Of a DNA stretch of 61,815 bases, positions 27,967 through 34,897 are shown in pieces. Each line of letters opens with the position of its first letter. The stretch's first letter is position 1. Under the pieces are notes generated by a model that ran no database searches, was not told where the DNA came from, and saw only the letters and a program-made list of their open reading frames with translations. A program made the position numbers and the translations under genes. Source of the DNA: Candidatus Falkowbacteria bacterium (GTDB taxonomy: Bacteria; Patescibacteriota; Patescibacteriia; Patescibacteriales; UBA12465); assembly GCA_026396805.1 (NCBI GenBank), contig JAPLVZ010000008.1:1-61815 (forward strand). Reading direction: 5' to 3'.

Positions 27967-29907
27967 CTATCTAACTATACTAAAATCATAATTCTTATTT
28001 CCAAAGAATGAATATTTTTTTGATATTAGTTTTTGTTTCTCCTTATTATTTAAACCGCTAAGATAAAGTTTGCCGCTGTAAGACGGCGGTAGTTTTAGCC
28101 CGTCAATTGTTGCTAGCCCGTCGAGGAGAAGATCACCATTAAATGACTGAGGTAATTTCAACCCTCTGGCCGATTTAAGACCACGGAGGTTTAAGCTGCC
28201 AACAACTTCCGGTAATTGAAGATTTTCAGCTGATTCCAAATCCATTAGATTAAGATCGCCGGTGACTATTCTTGGTAACCGTAAATTATTGGCATCTTTT
28301 AAGAAATATAAATACAGGTTGCCATTAATGACTTTCGGTAAAACTAAGCCATCAGCTGAAGTTAGTTCATTAAAAGATAAGTCTCCTTTCATGGTTTCGG
28401 AGAATTTTAAACCTTTAGCCGTTGTGCATTCTACAAACAAATCACCATAATGATATTTATTTCCGCAATTTAGAGTTTCTCCTAGGGTAACGTTTAAACT
28501 CTTTGGACTAGTAAGGCTGATATCATCTTTAGAATAACCGAGGGCGAAGGAAATGTCCTCTTTAATATCCCGGCTATCTATTAACTCTATTATTCTTGGG
28601 TCATCTTCAAATCCAAACCCCTGTATTTTACTGTCTATTTCATACAAAAATTTAATATCCTCTTTAGATAATGTTTCTCCTTTTTTAATTTTAGTTTCAA
28701 CTTCAGTCAGACGCTTCATATCGGCAGATTTCTTTTCATATTCCTTACTGTCAGGAAATTTAGCCATTTTTTCTTTAACGATATCATTAATGTAAGGATC
28801 CATATTTTGGCTCGGAGCAATGCCGCGAACTTCGGCAATTTTATCCTCCTCCATTCTAATAGCGACGCGCGGAATAACAGCTTCGCCGTCTTCATTATTA
28901 GAATAATAAACATGGAAATCTCCACCTTGAAGTTGAGTCTTGGCAGTATCGGCATCGGCGGTACACCACTCCAAGGGATGGCCATCCAGCGATTTTACCA
29001 ATTCATCCGGTTCAGATCCTTGTTTATAGATAACCCATTTTCCGCGCGTTTCCTTTAAGCCGTCAGTAGAATATTCAGGAATTTCTTTTAAAAACTGGGC
29101 ATAAATCTTTGAGAAATTTTCTGAATTTAAAAGTTCTTTAAATTCTACAGCATTTAACCTTTTGCTTTTATTTTCAATTTTTTCTTTTTCTTCCTTGGTA
29201 TTTTTAAGATTGTTTTCCGCTTTGTTGGATATCGACCCGATAGTCAGAGCCAAGGCCCTGGGGTTTAGCGGTGGAAATGAGGCAACCGTATCTTTAGTTC
29301 TTCTTTTAAATTGAACGAGTTCTGCTTTAGTGTCCGGATCTTCTTTTTTTTCAAGCTTCCCCATACTAAGTACGGATTTAAAAGTCCAATATTTCGCCCA
29401 CATGGGATATTGGGCATTAGCAGATGATAAATAATTTATCCACTTGTCCAAACTTCTTTTTTGGTTATTTATTATTTCGTTGGTCTTTTTTTGTCTAAAT
29501 TCATCGGTAATTTCAACCGTCCCATGTCCCAGTTCTCTAGCAATTTTCTGCTCCAACAAAAAAGTCGCCTCGGGGATATCCTCAGCTTTAATTACATTTT
29601 CTTTGTAATAGAATTCTTTAATTCTATCTATAACCCTGGGGTCGTCTTGATGCCCTAAATGAGTTTTTTCTATTACCTCTAACCAATTAGCAATCTTATC
29701 AGCCGGTTTTTGAGATAATTGTTCTTTTTTTTCTTTGTCTTTTTCAGGTTCAACTTTATCGGCTGGCTTCTGCAACAATATTTCCTTTTCTTTTTTATCT
29801 TTATAGTCTTCTTTTATTTTTCTTCTTTCCGCTTCATACTCAACCGGCTGAGACGTGTGAAGTTTAGTATCTTTTTGACTTAAAAATTGTTCACCAAAAT
29901 TTTTCAT
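27967..29907 (-). CDS. Large hypothetical protein with a C-terminal array of ~22-23-aa leucine-rich-like repeats
   Basis: 646 aa. The N-terminus has a duplicated QKPADK segment. The C-terminal repeats follow a GDL.L..L.SA.GL.LP pattern. The region is AT-rich. Confidence 0.6.
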   Translation of the reverse strand: MKNFGEQFLSQKDTKLHTSQPVEYEAERRKIKEDYKDKKEKEILLQKPADKVEPEKDKEKKEQLSQKPADKIANWLEVIEKTHLGHQDDPRVIDRIKEFYYKENVIKAEDIPEATFLLEQKIARELGHGTVEITDEFRQKKTNEIINNQKRSLDKWINYLSSANAQYPMWAKYWTFKSVLSMGKLEKKEDPDTKAELVQFKRRTKDTVASFPPLNPRALALTIGSISNKAENNLKNTKEEKEKIENKSKRLNAVEFKELLNSENFSKIYAQFLKEIPEYSTDGLKETRGKWVIYKQGSEPDELVKSLDGHPLEWCTADADTAKTQLQGGDFHVYYSNNEDGEAVIPRVAIRMEEDKIAEVRGIAPSQNMDPYINDIVKEKMAKFPDSKEYEKKSADMKRLTEVETKIKKGETLSKEDIKFLYEIDSKIQGFGFEDDPRIIELIDSRDIKEDISFALGYSKDDISLTSPKSLNVTLGETLNCGNKYHYGDLFVECTTAKGLKFSETMKGDLSFNELTSADGLVLPKVINGNLYLYFLKDANNLRLPRIVTGDLNLMDLESAENLQLPEVVGSLNLRGLKSARGLKLPQSFNGDLLLDGLATIDGLKLPPSYSGKLYLSGLNNKEKQKLISKKYSFFGNKNYDFSIVR

Positions 29908-29921
29908 ATTATTTCTTTATG

Positions 29922-29985
29922 TGTCGGGGTGGAGAGATTCGAACTCTCGATCTTCCGATCCCAAACCAGACGCCTTAAACCAACT
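29922..29985 (-). pseudogene. Truncated copy of the tRNA-Pro 3' portion (direct repeat, att-like)
   Basis: 61 of 64 positions are identical to 31186-31249. It lacks the 5' acceptor arm, and its anticodon stem is disrupted. Confidence 0.85.
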
Positions 29986-29988
29986 TAA

Positions 29989-30435
29989 TTAATTTTCTTT
30001 ACTTTTAATCAAATCATCTATTTTATTCAATAAAACCCGAGCGTCGTTCATGGCTTGTTTTAATTCCGCCTCAGAAATGCTAGCCAGAGTACCATAATCG
30101 AACCTATTTCTTTTCTGTCTCATTTTTTGAATTCTTTGAAATTCGTTGCTCATATCCCCGTTCAATAATTCACCGGCGGCGTTAATGGTTATATAATGAT
30201 ATCCTTCCGAACTTTTCTTTGCCCGGTATCCGGATAACCATAAAACAATCTCACAGCCCATCCGGATAGAATCGTAAAGGTTAGTATAAATAATATCCTC
30301 ATCCCCCGTCCCTGATAAATTTTTAACGGCAAAATTAAAAATCCGACGCGCTTTTTTTCGTCTATTTTCAATATCCGCTAAAGAAACAGTGAATTTTTCT
30401 ATTTGGTCGTTATTTGATAATTTTTGTGAATTCAT
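29989..30435 (-). CDS. HEPN-domain protein (putative toxin of a HEPN/MNT pair)
   Basis: 148 aa, helical, with the C-terminal motif RQKRNRFDYG (an R-x-x-x-x-Y/H type HEPN signature). It overlaps the upstream MNT gene by 26 nt. Confidence 0.6.
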   Translation of the reverse strand: MNSQKLSNNDQIEKFTVSLADIENRRKKARRIFNFAVKNLSGTGDEDIIYTNLYDSIRMGCEIVLWLSGYRAKKSSEGYHYITINAAGELLNGDMSNEFQRIQKMRQKRNRFDYGTLASISEAELKQAMNDARVLLNKIDDLIKSKEN

Positions 30436-30988
30436 AAGAATCGCCTTTTAAAGAGATTAAGGGGGAAGAAAAAATATTGATAAAAAAACTGTCGTTTTCT
30501 TTGATTTTTTTGATAACTTCCGCGCGACTGAAAATATGATAATTTATTTCTCGATTGATTTCTCCCTCAATTTTACTGATTTCATTAATCAAGATATTTT
30601 GATCAATTTTGCCGACAAGCATCAGATCGACATCGCTATTACCATTCTCTTTGTTTTTAGCGATTGAACCGAAAAGAAAAGCGCCGTCTAAATCATTGAA
30701 TTTATCAACCAGATTTCTTAATTTAGCTTCCAAACCGACGGTTTTTGAAATGATACTTTTTAATTCCGCGAAGAGATGATAATTTTTGTTTAATCTGAAA
30801 AATCGCATATTGCCCTTGCGTTCGTCCTGTAAAATTCCTTGGTCGACCAATTCGTCTAAATGTCTTTGGTAATGGCTCGGTTCTTTATTTAAGCTTTTGG
30901 CGATTTCTCTAAGATAATAGTCTTTTTCGGGATCGCTAAAAAGAAGTTTAAGAATCTCGCCTTTGCCGTTTTTAAAAAAATCTAACAT
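30410..30988 (-). CDS. wHTH + minimal nucleotidyltransferase (MNT) protein (putative antitoxin/regulator)
   Basis: 192 aa with an N-terminal ArsR-like winged helix (YLREIAKSLNKEPSHYQRHLDELVDQG) and the NTase motif GS-x10-SDVDL. Confidence 0.7.
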   Translation of the reverse strand: MLDFFKNGKGEILKLLFSDPEKDYYLREIAKSLNKEPSHYQRHLDELVDQGILQDERKGNMRFFRLNKNYHLFAELKSIISKTVGLEAKLRNLVDKFNDLDGAFLFGSIAKNKENGNSDVDLMLVGKIDQNILINEISKIEGEINREINYHIFSRAEVIKKIKENDSFFINIFSSPLISLKGDSYEFTKIIK

Positions 30989-31048
30989 ATTTATTTAAGT
31001 TTTAGGTATATGATTTATAGTATTGTTTTTGTATACGATTGTATATAA

Positions 31049-31077
31049 ATTGTATACAACTTAATAAGAAGTGTCAA
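31049..31077 (-). promoter_or_regulatory. Sigma70-type promoter for the MNT/HEPN operon
   Basis: On the minus strand, TTGACA (31077-31072), a 17-nt spacer, then TACAAT (31054-31049). It is overlapped by three TTGTATA repeats spaced 10-11 bp apart. Confidence 0.55.
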
Positions 31078-31079
31078 TT

Positions 31080-31119
31080 ATGTCCATGGACTTGTACATA
31101 TGTCTGTGGATTTGTATAT
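31080..31119. repeat. Imperfect 20-bp tandem repeat upstream of the MNT promoter
   Basis: ATGTCCATGGACTTGTACAT / ATGTCTGTGGATTTGTATAT (16 of 20 identical). Confidence 0.8.
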
Positions 31120-31187
31120 TATATCTTTTTATATTTTTTGCCTTGTTTTCGCAAAAAAAGGACAATTTAATGTCCGTCTTTCATTTG

Positions 31188-31262
31188 TCGGGGTGGAGAG
31201 ATTCGAACTCTCGATCTTCTGGTCCCAAACCAGACGCCTTAGACCAACTGGGCCACACCCCG
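31188..31262 (-). tRNA. tRNA-Pro (anticodon TGG), no CCA
   Basis: Cloverleaf with CGGGGTG/CACCCCG acceptor, anticodon loop TTTGGGA, T-loop TTCGAAT. Confidence 0.9.
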
Positions 31263-31328
31263 GATATATACCTAAAAAAATAAACCCAACAATATAAATA
31301 TAGCCTGGGCTTATCTTTTGTCTATACG

Positions 31329-31400
31329 TGCCCCGGGTCAGAATTGAACTGACGACACAAGGATTTTCAGTCCTTTGCTCTACCACTGAGCTACCGAGGC
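31329..31400 (-). tRNA. tRNA-Phe (anticodon GAA), no CCA
   Basis: Cloverleaf with GCCTCGG/CCGGGGC acceptor, anticodon loop CTGAAAA. Confidence 0.9.
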
Positions 31401-31429
31401 ATGAAAATTTTATTGTTAAAACTATCCTG

Positions 31430-31502
31430 TTGCGGGGGTCGGACTCGAACCGACGACCTCTAGGTTATGGGCCTAGCGAGCTGCCAACTGCTCTACCCCG
31501 CT
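31430..31502 (-). tRNA. Initiator-type tRNA-Met (anticodon CAT), no CCA
   Basis: Strong block similarity to E. coli tRNA-fMet as I recall it (xGCGGGG..GAGCAG..AGCTCG..AGGTCGTCGGTTC..CCCCGCAA). It has a 1:72 mismatch (A-A) and the anticodon loop CCCATAA. Confidence 0.8.
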
Positions 31503-31565
31503 ATGATATTTGTTTGGCTTTACTGAACATGGCTTACTTGGGCTTTTCAATTAATCTCGGGCGAT

Positions 31566-31642
31566 TGGTGGGCAATGGAGGATTCGAACCTCCGACCTCA
31601 ACATTATCAGTGTTGCGCTCTAACCAACTGAGCTAATTGCCC
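31566..31642 (-). tRNA. tRNA-Ile (anticodon GAT), CCA encoded
   Basis: Cloverleaf with GGGCAAT/ATTGCCC acceptor, anticodon loop CTGATAA. Confidence 0.92.
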
Positions 31643-31702
31643 GTAATTTACGAGTAAAAATATAACAAATAATAAATAAAAAGGCAAGCGTTCACGTTTG
31701 TT

Positions 31703-32671
31703 TTAGAGCTCGGAAATGAGCAGGCTTAATTCGGTTCTAACATCGCCGCGCCCGGTTTTATTTAAAAAGTCTAAATGGATCAGACGGTTCAAGTAATTCT
31801 TTAAGACCGAAGCGCTGAAATTTCTGGCTTGAAGCGCGCCCTTCTTCGCGACGTAAGGATGGATTTTCAGCCGACTGGCCATTTCGGCCGGATTCATGTT
31901 AGCGTCCAGAGCGGCGCGGATTTGGAGGAGAATTTTGAATTGGCGGGTCAGCATAGTCAGTAAATATTCATCGCTTAACCCGGCGGCATATTGCTCTTCT
32001 ATCAGACTGATGGCCGCTTTTCTATTTTTCGCGCTAATAGCGTCGGTCAGGCCGAAAATATTTTCATCGTAAGTTCCGGGCACCATCTCCTTGACCGATT
32101 CGGGACTTATCACCGGCTCGCCGCTGCGAAAAGACAATTTTTTTATTTCCGTGCTTATCTGCCAAAGGTCGCCGCCGGTTAAATCGGCCAATAGGGAAGC
32201 GGCCGGAGCACCGATGTCTTTATTGTAAAGCGCCGCTTCTTTTTTAATGAAAGTTAAAAGCTGGGCGGGAGCGAGAGGTTTGAATTCTTGGGTATAGGGC
32301 TGGAGCTTGAAGAAGGCTAATAATTTTTTAGCCGGCGCTTTCAGAGCCTTGGTTTGGCCGGCGATATCTTCGTCGCGAAAAATCAAGATGTTATCGTCGC
32401 TCTTAGTCAGTTTTTCCAGATAAGCGGTCAGTTCGCTAAAAATCTTGTCCGATTTATTTTTGAAAATATTTTCAATGACCACGAGTCTTTTTTTGACGAA
32501 GAGCGAACCGGTATTGATTTGTTCGCTGATGGCGCTTAGAGTCGCGCTAGACCCGTCAATCACGCTGAAACTATGGGAATTTTGATCCACGTCTTTGATG
32601 AATTTATTTTTCAGTTCTTGGAGGAAACGGCGGGAGCGGAAAGAATCGGCGCCGTAAAGAGAGATGATCAT
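31703..32671 (-). CDS. holA: DNA polymerase III delta subunit
   Basis: 322 aa with N-terminal LYGADSFR and a HolA-like three-domain helical C-terminus. Confidence 0.75.
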   Translation of the reverse strand: MIISLYGADSFRSRRFLQELKNKFIKDVDQNSHSFSVIDGSSATLSAISEQINTGSLFVKKRLVVIENIFKNKSDKIFSELTAYLEKLTKSDDNILIFRDEDIAGQTKALKAPAKKLLAFFKLQPYTQEFKPLAPAQLLTFIKKEAALYNKDIGAPAASLLADLTGGDLWQISTEIKKLSFRSGEPVISPESVKEMVPGTYDENIFGLTDAISAKNRKAAISLIEEQYAAGLSDEYLLTMLTRQFKILLQIRAALDANMNPAEMASRLKIHPYVAKKGALQARNFSASVLKNYLNRLIHLDFLNKTGRGDVRTELSLLISEL

Positions 32672-32716
32672 ATTTTATATGGCAGCTATTTTATAGCTCG
32701 AATTTATAATTCAGCT

Positions 32717-33559
32717 TTATAACTCGGATATCTTAACTCGTTCTAAATTTTTTATTTCACTTCCCAGGAATTTTTCGCCCCAATCTTTAAAAAGACGCTG
32801 GTCGTCGGTCGTATAAAATTTACAGGTTGGGTTCGCTGGCGTCGTCAATCCCAATTCTTCGTGGCGAGCGAGATAATCAACCAAGCTTCGGGCGATAATT
32901 TCCCCGGGTTGCGGCACGAGAATGCGCCGTCCCATTATTTTGTTTATTTCTTTATAGAGAAAAGGGTAATGAGTGCAACCGAGAATGAGCGCGTCTATCT
33001 GCTTAGCTTTAAGCGGCCGCAAATATTTTTTTAAGATCATCTTGGTTTCCGGCTTGCGCGCCCAACCCTCTTCAATCAGCGGAACGAGCAAGGGGGTGGC
33101 TTGTTGCTCTATCCTTAATTCCGGCTTTAATTTTTTCAGTTCCAGTTTGTAAGCGTCAGAGTTTATCGTCGCCTTAGTGCCGATGATACCGACCGATTTA
33201 ATTTTTTTATCGCGAGCGATCGCCTCAACTAACGGTCGAATAACGCCGAGTATTCGGCGGTCCGGATAAGCAGACGGCAGATATTCCTGCTGTAAACGGC
33301 GGAGCGCTTGAGCGGAGACGGTATTACAGGCGATAATTATCAGATTACAGCCGGCGGTAAACAAGAAATCAGCGGCCTCGCGGGTATAATCATAGATGGT
33401 TTCCGGTGATTTTTCGCCGTAGGGCAAACGGGCGTTATCACCGAGATAAATATAATTATATCCGGGGTTATCATGCAAGAAATATTTTAAAACCGTTAGA
33501 CCGCCGAGGCCGGAATCAAAGACGCCGATGATATTTTTTTTATTTTCTTGACCTAACAT
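32717..33559 (-). CDS. murI: Glutamate racemase
   Basis: Motifs GVFDSGLGGLTV, IIACNT and LGCTHYP. The track ORF extends to 33652. I prefer the ATG at 33559 (MLGQENKK), which overlaps the murD stop region. Confidence 0.9.
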   Translation of the reverse strand: MLGQENKKNIIGVFDSGLGGLTVLKYFLHDNPGYNYIYLGDNARLPYGEKSPETIYDYTREAADFLFTAGCNLIIIACNTVSAQALRRLQQEYLPSAYPDRRILGVIRPLVEAIARDKKIKSVGIIGTKATINSDAYKLELKKLKPELRIEQQATPLLVPLIEEGWARKPETKMILKKYLRPLKAKQIDALILGCTHYPFLYKEINKIMGRRILVPQPGEIIARSLVDYLARHEELGLTTPANPTCKFYTTDDQRLFKDWGEKFLGSEIKNLERVKISEL

Positions 33560-34883
33560 ATTTTTTAAACAAATCGCCGCGCTCTTTGTAGTTTTTAAAT
33601 ATGCCGAAACTGGCGCAGCCGGTGGAAAGCAGGACGACATCACTCTCGGCACCGGCTATTTTAGCAATCCTGACCGCCGTTTTCATATCCGCCGCCGTTT
33701 TTAAACAGTTTTTTTGAAAACCCGCCGCCATAACCGCTTTTTGCAAGCGCGGAGTCGCTTGGTCCGGAAGTAAAATTAATAATTTTACGCGTTGCTTGAT
33801 TATTTTCGCCAGCGGCCGGAAATCAGCGCCTTTATCGGCTCCGCCGGCGATAAGAATTATCGGAGTAGAGAATGATTTTAAATCCAAGGCCGTACTTTCG
33901 GGAGTAGTGGAAAAACTATTATCAAAATACCGGACGCCTTTTATTTTTTTAACTAATTCCAAGCGATGCTCAAGATTAGTAAAATTGGCGACGGTTTTTT
34001 TATAAACGCTCGGCTTTATTTTTAATAATTCGGCGCTGGCGACGGCGGCCGCGATATTCTGTCGATTAAAATCGCCGATCATAAGCGAAGGCAGAGAACT
34101 GGCGCCAAAATAAATTATTTTAGTTTTTAGCCCAGACGCTTTTATTTTTTTAGCTAGATTCTTATTGACGACTAAATATTTATTATCTTTATTCTTCGCA
34201 ATTTGGAGCTTCGCTAGCCAATAGGCTTTATAAGAAGAATGAGAATTAGGGTTATTAGGGTCGGCCGGCGCCAGATGTTCTTTAAAGAGATTGGTGATGA
34301 CGGCGAAACGGGGTGAATATTTTAAATCTTCCAGCTGGAAGCTGGATAATTCCAAGACGACATAGTCGGTCGCTTTAATCTTGTCCAAAAAACCCAGAGG
34401 CGAAACGCCGATATTGCCGCCGAGCCAAACGCGTTTTTTGGCGTCAGCCAGTATTTTATAAATCAGACTAGCGGTCGTGCCCTTACCCTTAGTGCCGCTC
34501 ACGCCGATAATATTTTTAGACGGGCAGAGAGAAAAGAACAGATTAAGAGGATTGGATAATTCGGTTCGGCCATTTTTCAGAGCGGCGCGTATGCCCGGAC
34601 AGGCAAGCGGCCAGCCCGGAGACCGGAAAAGGATATTGAATTTATCTAGACGCTTATTAAAACTTGAGCCCAGTTGATAATTTATTTTTGAATAAGCGGA
34701 TTTTACGGCTGGCAGAGCGGTCAGCAGGTGGAAATCGCAGATCGTTATTTCGGCCGCTATTTTATGTTTTTCCAGTAACGCTAAAAGAGCCTGGTTATCC
34801 AGACCAAAACCGAGCAGGGCGATTTTTTTGGTCTCCAGCCGGTCTAATCCTGATTTTTTAATATTTTTTTTCATTTTGGACAT
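33540..34883 (-). CDS. murD: UDP-N-acetylmuramoylalanine--D-glutamate ligase
   Basis: Mur ligase P-loop GVSGTKGKGTT. An alternative upstream start at 34916 would overlap the polA stop. Confidence 0.88.
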   Translation of the reverse strand: MSKMKKNIKKSGLDRLETKKIALLGFGLDNQALLALLEKHKIAAEITICDFHLLTALPAVKSAYSKINYQLGSSFNKRLDKFNILFRSPGWPLACPGIRAALKNGRTELSNPLNLFFSLCPSKNIIGVSGTKGKGTTASLIYKILADAKKRVWLGGNIGVSPLGFLDKIKATDYVVLELSSFQLEDLKYSPRFAVITNLFKEHLAPADPNNPNSHSSYKAYWLAKLQIAKNKDNKYLVVNKNLAKKIKASGLKTKIIYFGASSLPSLMIGDFNRQNIAAAVASAELLKIKPSVYKKTVANFTNLEHRLELVKKIKGVRYFDNSFSTTPESTALDLKSFSTPIILIAGGADKGADFRPLAKIIKQRVKLLILLPDQATPRLQKAVMAAGFQKNCLKTAADMKTAVRIAKIAGAESDVVLLSTGCASFGIFKNYKERGDLFKKYVRSRK

Positions 34884-34897
34884 TTGATAAATTCTCT

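Noticed and set aside
31071-31636. Four track ORFs (31071..31283, 31100..31297, 31129..31386, 31328..31636)
   Set aside because: They read through four well-folded tRNA genes and the AT-rich promoter region, so they are not coding.
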